A stretch of DNA of 64,000 nt, from IMG/VR virus record IMGVR_UViG_3300012001_000011; one strand, 5' to 3'. The translations under genes were made by a program, and so were the position numbers. The notes under the pieces are model-generated. The model was not told the DNA's origin. It was given only the letters and a program-made list of their open reading frames with translations, and did no database searches. This stretch comes from an uncultured virus (IMG/VR IMGVR_UViG_3300012001_000011). Taxonomy: Duplodnaviria > Heunggongvirae > Uroviricota > Caudoviricetes. Positions 28,810 through 38,661 of the stretch are shown here, piece by piece. Position 1 is the stretch's first letter. Each line of letters starts with the position of its first letter.

Positions 28810-30030
28810 ATGGCACAAACCGCACAAGGCATCAACAAAATCACCGTGATCAAGCAACAAACTGGCCTTGGTGTTCCGGCCACTGGCTCGGGCGGGCAAG
28901 TCCTGCGCCGGAAGACTTCCATCGGCAAAAAGGCGCGCGCAACCTACGTCAACGATGAGATCGTGCAGCACCAGCAATCCACCGGCGTCAATCTCGGCAC
29001 CGCAACTACGTCGTGGGACTTCGACGGCTTGCTGTCGCCGGGAACCTACGCTACGCCGCTGCAAAGCCTGCTGCGCAAGGTGTTCACGGCTACATCTGCA
29101 AGTGCTGGCCTGTCGCTTACCATCGCTGGAGTTGGCCCGTACACGCTGACTCGCGCCGCTGGCAGCTACCTTACTGACGGTGTAAAGATCGGTGATGTGG
29201 TTCGGATCACGGCCGGCACGTTCACCAATGCAGTCAACCGCGACAATAACATTGTCGTCACGGCGCTGACTGACCTCGTTCTCACCGGCATTACGCTCAA
29301 CAATTCCGTGCTGATTGCGGAGGGTCCAATTGCCGCTTCGGCAGTCACGGTAATTGGAAAGAAGTCGCTGGCTCCGCTGACCGGCCATACCAATACGCTT
29401 TTCACCGTTGAAGAATGGTACGGCGACATCAGTAAGAGTGAGCTTTTCCCTGACTTGCGCATTGGTCAGGCAGATATCGGTCTGCCGGCGTCGGGCAATT
29501 CGACCATCAAGATGTCTTCGATGGGCCTGGGTGTGCGCACGCGTGGGAATACGCAGGTTCTTACCACGCCGACTGCGGCCACCGCTACTCCAGTTCTGAC
29601 GGCGGTACGCGGTATCGTGATGGTCAACGGCGTTGCGCAGGCTGGCATCACTGGCATCACCATGACGATCAAGGGCAACTTGACGGCCATTGGCCCTGTT
29701 GTCGGCTCCAACTTCAACCCCGACATGTCGCGCGGCCGCATTGAGGTAAGCGGCAGCTTCACTGCGCTGTTTGACAGCACCACGATTGCTACGCTTTACG
29801 ACAACGAGACAGTAACGTCGCTGGTTGCCGCGATGGCTGCCGACACGACCAATAATGCCGACTTTATTGCAGTGAACCTGTCCGCCATCAAGTTGACTGA
29901 CGATGCCCCGGACGACGGCGAAAAGGGAATCATCCGGACGTATCCATTTGTCGCACAAATCAATGCGGCAGGTGGCGCTGCGCTCGCAAATGACCAAACT
30001 ATTTTGTCAATCCAAGATAGTGCGGCCTAA
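28810..30030 (+). CDS. major tail tube protein
   Basis: GRIEVSGSFTALF motif; position before chaperones and tape measure. Confidence 0.85.
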   Translation: MAQTAQGINKITVIKQQTGLGVPATGSGGQVLRRKTSIGKKARATYVNDEIVQHQQSTGVNLGTATTSWDFDGLLSPGTYATPLQSLLRKVFTATSASAGLSLTIAGVGPYTLTRAAGSYLTDGVKIGDVVRITAGTFTNAVNRDNNIVVTALTDLVLTGITLNNSVLIAEGPIAASAVTVIGKKSLAPLTGHTNTLFTVEEWYGDISKSELFPDLRIGQADIGLPASGNSTIKMSSMGLGVRTRGNTQVLTTPTAATATPVLTAVRGIVMVNGVAQAGITGITMTIKGNLTAIGPVVGSNFNPDMSRGRIEVSGSFTALFDSTTIATLYDNETVTSLVAAMAADTTNNADFIAVNLSAIKLTDDAPDDGEKGIIRTYPFVAQINAAGGAALANDQTILSIQDSAA

Positions 30031-30113
30031 AAACCTGGCGTAGAATAGACGAGCCGGACAGGTGCGCTAACACGTGCCCGGCTCTAACCAAACAACTCGG
30101 ATAAGGAGTCATC

Positions 30114-30617
30114 ATGGCTGACGGTATTTTAACCGTAGATCGATTGAAGCAGTTATTGCAATACGATCCGGTAACAGGAATTTTCACAAGACTGCAAAGG
30201 ACAGCCAATCGAACTAAGATTGGTGAGGCTGTCGGCTCGCTTAACAGTGAGGGGTACTTGCAAGCGAATCTAGATTTCAAGAAGTATAAAATGCATCGCC
30301 TCGCCTGGATGTACGTGACTGGCGCTAATTCCGTTTGCGAAATTGATCACGTGAATGGGAATAAATCTGACAATCGATGGGTCAATCTGCGCGAGGTCAC
30401 ACGAGAACAAAATCTGCAAAATCAGCGGAAGGCAAAGTCTGATAGCAGCACCGGATTCTTGGGCGTAAAGCCCTGTCCAGGAAGGGCTGGATTTTTCCTT
30501 GCCCAGATAAACACGAACGGCAAGCGGAAGCACCTCGGAACATTCAGCAGCGCAGAGGATGCTCACCAAGCATATCTTCGTGCAAAGCGCGAGCTTCACA
30601 GCAGCTGCACGATCTAA
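30114..30617 (+). mobile_element. free-standing HNH homing endonuclease with AP2 domain
   Basis: YDPVTGIF...HRLAW...IDHVNGNKSDNRWVNLR...GVK...HLGTF. Confidence 0.9.
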
Positions 30618-30636
30618 ATAATCACAATCTTTTCTG

Positions 30637-30662
30637 AAGCCACCCTAATCCGGTGGCTTTTT
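30637..30662 (+). terminator. intrinsic terminator
   Basis: aagccacc/ggtggctt followed by T. Confidence 0.7.
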
Positions 30663-30763
30663 CATTTGGCGCAAGCCATTACAAGCACCGGTCTGCCGCT
30701 GTCGCCTCTCGCGGGGCGCAGCGGCCGGCACGGGCACTTTTCCACCCCGCGAAAGGCTACACC

Positions 30764-31249
30764 ATGAGCACCGAAAACCATATCCCGAAATCGTACGACC
30801 TTGACGCCATCATCTCGGCAGAAGTCGCAAAACCTGTGACGTTCAAAGTTGGCGTCATTTTCGACGCTGACGGAGAGCCAGTATCTGGTTTTCATATCGT
30901 TGGTCGCAACAGTGACCTGTATCGCGCTGCCGACAAAGCGCTGCGTATCGTCAATCAGAAGGCTGCCGCAAACCGAACGAAGGCCATCGATCAGAAAACG
31001 GACGCAGGCGCCGAAAAGGTCATCAGCGTCATCGAAGACCAGAATGTAGCCCGAGCCGCCGCCGTTGTGGTCGGCTGGTTCGGTTGGGACAAGAACGGCG
31101 TCGAGCGCGAATTCGATGCCTCCGTGGTTCTCAGCATCCTCGCCCAAATGCCTACATGGGTTGAAAAGATTCAATATGCCCTGTTCGAGGATAGCAATTT
31201 TTTGCCGGTCTCGCAGACCACCTCTGCGCCTACGCCGAACAGCAACTAA
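30764..31249 (+). CDS. tail assembly chaperone (gpG-like)
   Basis: Position; VVGWFG motif; slippery site near the 3' end. Confidence 0.8.
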   Translation: MSTENHIPKSYDLDAIISAEVAKPVTFKVGVIFDADGEPVSGFHIVGRNSDLYRAADKALRIVNQKAAANRTKAIDQKTDAGAEKVISVIEDQNVARAAAVVVGWFGWDKNGVEREFDASVVLSILAQMPTWVEKIQYALFEDSNFLPVSQTTSAPTPNSN

Positions 31250-31560
31250 GTCTCGAAGAAGATCAGGGTGACGGCTGCACCCTGCGCCAGCACCTTGAGG
31301 TTTTCGAGCGCACCAGCGGGGTCACGCCAGAGCAGTTGATCCCACTATTTGTGCCGATTGAACTTAGCCATCTGTGGGACTACTTCCAGCAGATGTGCCG
31401 CATGCGCCAGAACAACGGTATGTGCGTCAGTCGGCTATCAAGTGAAATCGTCACATGGCAGCAGTTGACCGGCATGACATTGGCGCCGTTCGAGTTGGAT
31501 GTCATTTGGCGTCTTGATGCAATTTTTGTAGCTCACCACAGCAAGAAAGTAGAACCATGA
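31201..31560 (+). CDS. gpT-like extension of the chaperone via -1 frameshift
   Basis: The -1 frame after T TTT TTG (31198-31204) is open to 31560: FAGLADHLCAYAE...LWDYF...ELDVIWRLD. Confidence 0.8.
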   Translation, partial: FAGLADHLCAYAEQQLSLEEDQGDGCTLRQHLEVFERTSGVTPEQLIPLFVPIELSHLWDYFQQMCRMRQNNGMCVSRLSSEIVTWQQLTGMTLAPFELDVIWRLDAIFVAHHSKKVEP

Positions 31561-34500
31561 CTGACTTCGCATCGATTGGCATCCAGTTAGATTCGCGTCC
31601 TGTTACAGAGGGCGCGAAGGCGCTTGATGCGCTGGCCGATGCGTCGGTGCGGGTGGAGCAAAGGGTCAAGGCCAGCAATGGCCAGATGAACGACACGGCC
31701 AAGATCATGGCTGCGCAAGCAGAGCAGGCGAGGGCTGCCGCAGCCGGCAATGCGACTCTTGGCGCCTCTACCGCTCAGCTCACGCTAGGCCAGCAGCAGT
31801 TGATTGAAAAGTATCGAGAGCAGGCAGCTACGGTGGGAATGAGTCGGTCTCAATTGATGGCTTATCAGGCCGCGCAGATGGGTGTGACAGCCGAGACTGG
31901 AAAGTCCATCGCTACAATCAAGGCGCATGAAGATGCGGTTCGGGCGGCAGCGAAGGCGCAAGAGGATGCCGCCCGGAGCTCTGGCCAGTTAATGGATGCG
32001 CTCAAGTTGCTGGCAGCTGGCTATGCGCTGCTCAAGGTCGGCGAATACATCAAGGATTCAGCATTGCTTGCCGCGCGGTACGAGACGCTGGGCGTAGTTA
32101 TGGAAGTAGTCGGCCGCAATGCTGGCTACACGAAGGCTCAGATGACGACGGCCACAGAGTCCATTGCAGCCCAGGGAATCACCATGGCGGAGTCACGCCA
32201 GTCTGCAATCAAGTTGGTGCAGGCGCACGTCGACCTGCGAAACGCAAGCGCACTCGCACGCATCGCGCAGGATGCCGCCGTTATCGGGAATATCAATTCG
32301 TCCGAGTCGTTTGACCGCCTGGTAAATGGTATTGCGCGCGGAAACACCCTGATTCTTCGCAACATCGGCATCAACGTCAATTTGCAAGCGGCATATGGGC
32401 AGATGGCCGATTCGCTGGGCAAGACGACCAAAGAGCTTACCGAGAACGAGCGTGTGCAAGCTCGCCTTAATGCGGTCATCGAGCGCGGGTCCGACATCAA
32501 CGGCACCTATACCGCAAGCATGGATACGGCGGGCAAGCAACTGAAGTCGATGCAGCGGTACACAGAAGACCTCAAAGTTAAGATCGGCGAAACCTTCAAT
32601 GAGGTTCTGACGGTCGCCGTTATGGCATTCACTGACCAGTTGAAAAATGCAAATGGCGAAGTAAGTGATCTGTCGAAAAACGGACAACTTGCACAGTGGG
32701 GGCATGACCTGACGGCGGTCTTTGTCGGCGTCGCCAACGCTATCGACAATATCCTGACTGGCCTGAAGATGGCAGGAACTTGGGCGGCGCATCAGTCGGC
32801 CGGGAACGACATCAATATGAAGTTCAACACGATCGAGGCCCACGCAGATCCCAAAGCGACTCTTGCTGGGCAAATGGATGAGCATGACAGGCTAGAGCGT
32901 CAACGTGTTGCCGCGCTCGCAAAAGAACAGTCCGACTACGAGAAATCACAAGTCGATCTAGCCAGGACTGTTGACCGATTCCAGCGGGCTGCTGATGAGC
33001 GCATGGCATCGCGCCTCGCAAAGCAGAAGGCAGATGCTGCCGCAAGCCTCAAGATTGATCAAGATTATGCGGCGCAGGCTACAGCGATCTTGATGAAATC
33101 GGCAAACGAAGGCGCCGCAGCGCAAGAGGTGGCGCGCAAGGCTGTCAACAAGTTGCACGACAGCATCTACGTCGGTACGCCCAATTTCCGCGACACCGAG
33201 GGGCGAGAGTCTAAGCCTCAAGTCAACCGCGCCGAAAGCACCGCAATGGCAGACGCAATCGCGCGCATGGAGGCGGAATCTTCCGCTCTGAAAAAGCACT
33301 ATGCAGACCTGTCCACGCTGGACGAAATGTACCACAAGGCTGGCGAACTGTCGGACAAGCAGTTCTACGCCAATAAGCACAAGTATTCTGACGACACGGC
33401 CGCCGCGCAGATGTCCGCTTACGACAAGGAGCTCGGCGCGCTGACCGCGCATAACAACGCGACAGCGGCCGAAGAGGCGAAGACGCAAAAGCAGTTCGAT
33501 GATATCTGGGACAAGAAGACTGCCGCGAAAGCCGCGAATGCAGCCGAGTCCTACCGCCTCGACGAAGAAGAGCGCTTGCGCCAAGCTGCGATCATTTCCG
33601 CATCTAACGACGCAAACAACAAATACATTTCCGGTCTTAGTGCCCAAGCGAAAGCTATCGAACTGGCGAACGGGAAGCATGAAAAGGCGGCGTCTGTAAT
33701 TGCCGAAGAATCAGCGGCACAGTTCCGACTCGCAGCAGCGGCAATGGCTGTTCAGGCGGCTGGCCCTGCCGATGGTGGCCACACGCATGCCGATGCGGAT
33801 GCGGCTAAGGCGATGCTGGCAACCCTGCTGCTCCAGGCTGATGCGCAGGAGCGAATTGCTGCGGCTATGCGTGCTGGCGAAGCCGCTGCCGCATCGAAGA
33901 AACTTGCCGACATGGCGATCCAGGACTGGCAGCGTGCCGGGCAAAGCATCGGCGATAGCCTGACAAACGCGTTTGGCGCCGGTGGGAAAGCACTTGGTGG
34001 CATGTTCAAGGCCTATGCAGAAGGCATGGCCGGGCAACTGCGCGCGCAGAAGGAACTTGCTGTCGCTAAGAAGTTGAGCGACGACAACCCGGAAAAGATC
34101 GATGCCATCAACCGCGCGCAGTTGGCCGGCACTGAGGCGCAACTGAAATCCTACGGCGATATGGCCGACGCGGCTCAAGGCTTCTTCGAGCAGGGGTCGA
34201 AGGGCTATCAGGCGATGCACGCAGCCTCACAGGTGCTGCACGCCGCTGAGTTGGCGCTGAGCATCGTCAAAGGCGTCAACGCGGTTCTTACGCAGGGCGA
34301 GGGTGATCCATATACGGCATTCGCACGTATGGCGGCCATGGCTGCAATAGTGGTTAGGCTTGGCGTAGCGATTAATGGTAGCGGTGGCGGTAGTGCTGGA
34401 GTCTCATCCGCAGACCGTCAGAAAGTTCAAGGCACGGGGACGGTGCTTGGCGACAGCACGGCAAAGTCAGACTCTGTTGCTAAGTCGATCAAGAACATGG

Positions 34501-36383
34501 AGAGTTATGCGGAGATGGGACTGACCTACCAGAGCTCGATGCTGACCGCCCTACAGGACATCGCATCGGCACTGGGCGGCGCGGCCAAGGGGATCATGCA
34601 GACCTCGGGAATTACCGGCGGTAGCGGATTTGGCACACAGGACGCGGCAAACCACAGCTTCTTCGGCACTGACCGGTCGACCACGGTAGTAGATAGCGGC
34701 GTAAAGATTGCTGGAACGTTCGGCACCTTACGCAACGGAGCCGCAAGTGGCAGTCAGTATGAAGACGTGCACCAGACCAGCGATGGCGGCTGGTTCCATG
34801 GCAGTTCGACCAACGACTACACCAACACGAAATCGCTGACGGCGGCAGCTATGAAGCCGTTCACCCTGATTTTCGACAGCATGGGAAATCTGCTGGTTGA
34901 TGCCGGCGTCAAGTTGGGCAAAGACGGTGGCCAGTTGACGGCCGCACTGAACGCACTTCCTATCAATTTCTCGGTGAGCCTGCGTAACTTGAAGGGGCAA
35001 GAGCTGGCCGATGCACTGAGCGCTGGCGTTTCGGTGGCATTTGATTCGGTTACCCGGCAACTATTCCCAACGATCGAGCAGTTCCAGAAGATGGGTGAGG
35101 GTCTTGGTGAGACGCTGGTCCGAGTGGCCACCGACGTTCAATCTGTCGATAGCGTTTTTGCGGCTATGGGTAAGTCCACTCTTGTAACGGTCCTGGGCAC
35201 AACCGAAACGTTCGGCGGCACGATCCGGGCGGGCATGGTCTCGATAAGTGAAATGTCGATCGAATCGAAAGAGCGATTGGTCGAAGCCGCAGGCGGATTG
35301 GATAAATTCGCCAATAGCGCGCAGTCATTCATGAAGAATTTCTACGCGGATGATGAGCAGCGCGCCGCAACCAAGGCCCGATTGGCGACAGTTCTTAATC
35401 CACTTGGTCTATCGACTGAAGGCGCGAACGCTCAGAAGTTGTTTAAGGACTTCGTACTCGGCTTGAATACAGCCACCCCGGCCGGTGCAGCCACGTATTC
35501 TATGTTGATGAGCGTGCAGCAAGCGTTCAAAGACGTGACGGATGCCGCATCCGGCCAGCGCAAGGGTCTTCAGGATCAACTCGACCAATTAACTATGTCA
35601 TCGGCCCAACTGTTGGCTAAGCAGCGTAGCGCGCTGGACGTGAGCAACCGCGGCCTATTCGACCAGGTGCAAGCGCTGCAGAAGCTGAAAGACGCACAGG
35701 ACGCTTCAAAGTCGAGCATAGGCGACGTCATCAACCGGATGAAATCGTTCGGTGAATCGGCAAAGTCCCTGCGCGATAGCCTCATGCTCGGCACCTTGAG
35801 CACCCTAACGCCGGAGCAGCAGTACGCCGAGTCGCGGCGCCAGCGTGACGCAACGCTGGCAGCGGCGCGTGGCGGCGACGCTACGGCGCAAGGCCAACTG
35901 TCGGCCATGCAAACCGCATTCCTGACGATCTCGCAAAAGATCAACGGCGGCGATTCGCAATATCAGGCGGACTTCGCTGGCGTCGTGAAGACATCGGATG
36001 AGTTGTCGAAATGGGCGGCCGGTCAGGTCGACGTCGCTCAAGCCAGCCTTGATGCGCTTAACAAGCAAGTTCTCGGAATCAGTGATGTGGCGCAGGGCAT
36101 CCAGAATTTGCCGACCGCCATCGCTAGTGCTATCGACTACAGCACAATGGGGACATCAAATATGACGGCTTTGGTAAATGAGGTTAAAGCACTTCGCAGC
36201 AGCAATGAAGCGCTGACTGCCGAAGTGCAAGGCCTTCGCGCCGACCAAAATACGCAGACCGGCGATATGATTACCGGTAACGCATCCACATTCTTTGAGG
36301 TCGCCAAAAAGATCATCTCTGCTAACAAGGAAATTGCAAACGAAACCGCGCGCAACAGCCATACCGGAATCGCACTCGAATGA
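31557..36383 (+). CDS. tail tape measure protein
   Basis: 1608 aa, Ala-rich and helical; follows the chaperones. Confidence 0.95.
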   Translation: MTDFASIGIQLDSRPVTEGAKALDALADASVRVEQRVKASNGQMNDTAKIMAAQAEQARAAAAGNATLGASTAQLTLGQQQLIEKYREQAATVGMSRSQLMAYQAAQMGVTAETGKSIATIKAHEDAVRAAAKAQEDAARSSGQLMDALKLLAAGYALLKVGEYIKDSALLAARYETLGVVMEVVGRNAGYTKAQMTTATESIAAQGITMAESRQSAIKLVQAHVDLRNASALARIAQDAAVIGNINSSESFDRLVNGIARGNTLILRNIGINVNLQAAYGQMADSLGKTTKELTENERVQARLNAVIERGSDINGTYTASMDTAGKQLKSMQRYTEDLKVKIGETFNEVLTVAVMAFTDQLKNANGEVSDLSKNGQLAQWGHDLTAVFVGVANAIDNILTGLKMAGTWAAHQSAGNDINMKFNTIEAHADPKATLAGQMDEHDRLERQRVAALAKEQSDYEKSQVDLARTVDRFQRAADERMASRLAKQKADAAASLKIDQDYAAQATAILMKSANEGAAAQEVARKAVNKLHDSIYVGTPNFRDTEGRESKPQVNRAESTAMADAIARMEAESSALKKHYADLSTLDEMYHKAGELSDKQFYANKHKYSDDTAAAQMSAYDKELGALTAHNNATAAEEAKTQKQFDDIWDKKTAAKAANAAESYRLDEEERLRQAAIISASNDANNKYISGLSAQAKAIELANGKHEKAASVIAEESAAQFRLAAAAMAVQAAGPADGGHTHADADAAKAMLATLLLQADAQERIAAAMRAGEAAAASKKLADMAIQDWQRAGQSIGDSLTNAFGAGGKALGGMFKAYAEGMAGQLRAQKELAVAKKLSDDNPEKIDAINRAQLAGTEAQLKSYGDMADAAQGFFEQGSKGYQAMHAASQVLHAAELALSIVKGVNAVLTQGEGDPYTAFARMAAMAAIVVRLGVAINGSGGGSAGVSSADRQKVQGTGTVLGDSTAKSDSVAKSIKNMESYAEMGLTYQSSMLTALQDIASALGGAAKGIMQTSGITGGSGFGTQDAANHSFFGTDRSTTVVDSGVKIAGTFGTLRNGAASGSQYEDVHQTSDGGWFHGSSTNDYTNTKSLTAAAMKPFTLIFDSMGNLLVDAGVKLGKDGGQLTAALNALPINFSVSLRNLKGQELADALSAGVSVAFDSVTRQLFPTIEQFQKMGEGLGETLVRVATDVQSVDSVFAAMGKSTLVTVLGTTETFGGTIRAGMVSISEMSIESKERLVEAAGGLDKFANSAQSFMKNFYADDEQRAATKARLATVLNPLGLSTEGANAQKLFKDFVLGLNTATPAGAATYSMLMSVQQAFKDVTDAASGQRKGLQDQLDQLTMSSAQLLAKQRSALDVSNRGLFDQVQALQKLKDAQDASKSSIGDVINRMKSFGESAKSLRDSLMLGTLSTLTPEQQYAESRRQRDATLAAARGGDATAQGQLSAMQTAFLTISQKINGGDSQYQADFAGVVKTSDELSKWAAGQVDVAQASLDALNKQVLGISDVAQGIQNLPTAIASAIDYSTMGTSNMTALVNEVKALRSSNEALTAEVQGLRADQNTQTGDMITGNASTFFEVAKKIISANKEIANETARNSHTGIALE

Positions 36384-37834
36384 CAATCTCCGATGCGCAA
36401 TACGCTGCGTGGCTCGATGACTCGACCGCGCAGCGCGTGACCTTGTATCAAATCGGGTGCGTGAGCGGGGGCACGCCTGTCACGCGCTATCTGTCGAACC
36501 GCCCCTATATCGGATCGTCAAGCACGCCATATGTCGCGGCCATAGCGAAAGACTTGGAAATCACTCAGGCGATTTCCATGGATGGCGATCCGCAGCTTTC
36601 GGCCAGCGATGTCGATGTGCACAACCCGAGCGGTGAGTTTGATTCGTGGCTTAGTGATATCTGGATGAACCAAACCGTCAACGTATTTGTTGGCGACGTT
36701 CGATGGGCGGAATCTGATTTCCGATTGAGCTTCGTTGGGGCGCTGGCTGATATTGCGCCAGGTAGTTCGCGCGAACTTATCACGCTCAAATTCCGCGACG
36801 CATTGCAGCGCCTGAATACGCCGATCTCTGAAGCGAAAATTACGGGCGATGTGCTTTACCCGATTGTGTTTGGCGAAGTAGCCAACATGACGCCGAAGTA
36901 TGACTCGACAAGCGGGAAATGGTACTACCACTACGGCGCTGCCGAAGGACTGATCGAGCCGCGTACCGATGGGAAGAAGCGTAGCGCCGATGTAACGGAT
37001 GACGCGACCAATGGGCGCTTTACCTTTAACAACGCGGTTGGCCCCGGCGTACTGACATGCAGCGTGCAAGGCGATAAGACGGGCGGCATCTACCGCAATA
37101 CGATTGCATCGCTCGTGCAGTTGCTCGCCACGTCGTACGGCAAAGCATCTACCAGAATGACATCGGCTGACATGGATGCCGCAAACCTCGCCGCGTTCGA
37201 CACCGCAAACCCGCAGCCGGTTGGCCTGCCGATTACTGACCGGACTAACGTTTTGGCAGCATGCGCGAAACTCGCTTCGAGCAAAGGCGCACAAGTCGTT
37301 CCATCAATGGTCGGCAAGCTGCGCCTGATTCAGTTTGCCATTCCGACTAGTGCCACGCTTGAGATTCCGCGATCGATGCAAGTGCAGCGGACTTTGACGC
37401 CAGTCGCGCGGACGCAGGTTCAGGCGGCGGTTCAAATTGGATTCTGCCGAAACTACACGGTTGAAGCAAACCTGCAAACATCGCTGCCGCCCGCGCACAA
37501 GCAGATGTTCGCGCTTGAATGGCGCACTACCACATCAGTTGACTCGACAACGCAAACGGCATACAGCCTCTACGCCGATCCGGCGATGGAGGAAACCTGC
37601 CTGCAAGTTCAGTCGGATGCGCAGGCAGAGGGGGACAGGCGATTGCTTATCAAGAAAGTCCCGCGCACGACGTACCGCGTAGAGCTAACGCCTGCCGGCC
37701 TGCTCGTGCAGCTTGGTGATGCGCGTAAGTTGTACAGCGACCGCTTTGGCCTTGCATCCGGGGTGCCGGGCCTAGTGACCAAGCTGACAGCCAATTTTGG
37801 TACTTATCACACCATCGCAGAAGTAGCGATTTAA
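36380..37834 (+). CDS. tail tip/hub protein
   Basis: Follows the tape measure gene; PIVFGEVAN motif. Confidence 0.75.
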   Translation: MTISDAQYAAWLDDSTAQRVTLYQIGCVSGGTPVTRYLSNRPYIGSSSTPYVAAIAKDLEITQAISMDGDPQLSASDVDVHNPSGEFDSWLSDIWMNQTVNVFVGDVRWAESDFRLSFVGALADIAPGSSRELITLKFRDALQRLNTPISEAKITGDVLYPIVFGEVANMTPKYDSTSGKWYYHYGAAEGLIEPRTDGKKRSADVTDDATNGRFTFNNAVGPGVLTCSVQGDKTGGIYRNTIASLVQLLATSYGKASTRMTSADMDAANLAAFDTANPQPVGLPITDRTNVLAACAKLASSKGAQVVPSMVGKLRLIQFAIPTSATLEIPRSMQVQRTLTPVARTQVQAAVQIGFCRNYTVEANLQTSLPPAHKQMFALEWRTTTSVDSTTQTAYSLYADPAMEETCLQVQSDAQAEGDRRLLIKKVPRTTYRVELTPAGLLVQLGDARKLYSDRFGLASGVPGLVTKLTANFGTYHTIAEVAI

Positions 37835-37842
37835 GGACGCCA

Positions 37843-38661
37843 GTGTCAAATCTAAGAATTATTGCCGACAACGCGGCAGATCGATCTGCGCTCACAGCAT
37901 CTACAACTAGCGGAGTGCTCACAGCATCAAATTTGCTGGTCGATAAAAAATCACAGGTATGGCGTGCTACAGGCACAACTGCAACACTTACCGGAACGTA
38001 CACGGCCACAGAATCGGCAATGGGATCGGCACTACTCGGCAATTTCTCGCCGACAGCGACGATCCGCGTTCGCCTTTATTCCGACACTGCCGGAACGACA
38101 CTCGTTCTTGATACGGGAACGGTATTGGCCTGCCCGGCAGCAGCAATTTCTCTGCGCGGCTGGACCGCAGCGCAGTCGGCAAGTGCTTATGCCTACGGCG
38201 GCGGCGCGTTCGCTCGTATATGGTTCCCGCAGACATCATTCCAGAAATTCGTGATCGATATTGTAGACACGAGCAACCTGCAGGGCTACATCGAAGCGGC
38301 ACGGCTCATCGTCGGGAATTACTGGTCGCCTACCTACAACACACCAACGCTGACCGCGACGAATGTTGATCTCGCCACTCACTACCGCACCGATGCCGGC
38401 GACCTGATGACAGACGCTGGAACGATCCACAAGAAGGTGCCGATAGAAACCGAGTACATGCCAGCGTCCGATCGTACGGCGCTCGCCAATATCCTGCGCG
38501 GCAGTCGATCCTACCCAATTTTCTTGAGCGTTTTTCCTGGTAACTCCGACCTTGAGTTGGAACGCGATCACACCGTCTACGGCAAGCGCATGAGCGATTC
38601 AGATGTCGCGGTGCAGATGTCAATCACCTACGGCACAAAAATCGAAGTGGAGTCCATTTAA
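37843..38661 (+). CDS. minor tail protein
   Basis: YIEAARLIVGNYWSP motif; position. Confidence 0.75.
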   Translation: MSNLRIIADNAADRSALTASTTSGVLTASNLLVDKKSQVWRATGTTATLTGTYTATESAMGSALLGNFSPTATIRVRLYSDTAGTTLVLDTGTVLACPAAAISLRGWTAAQSASAYAYGGGAFARIWFPQTSFQKFVIDIVDTSNLQGYIEAARLIVGNYWSPTYNTPTLTATNVDLATHYRTDAGDLMTDAGTIHKKVPIETEYMPASDRTALANILRGSRSYPIFLSVFPGNSDLELERDHTVYGKRMSDSDVAVQMSITYGTKIEVESI

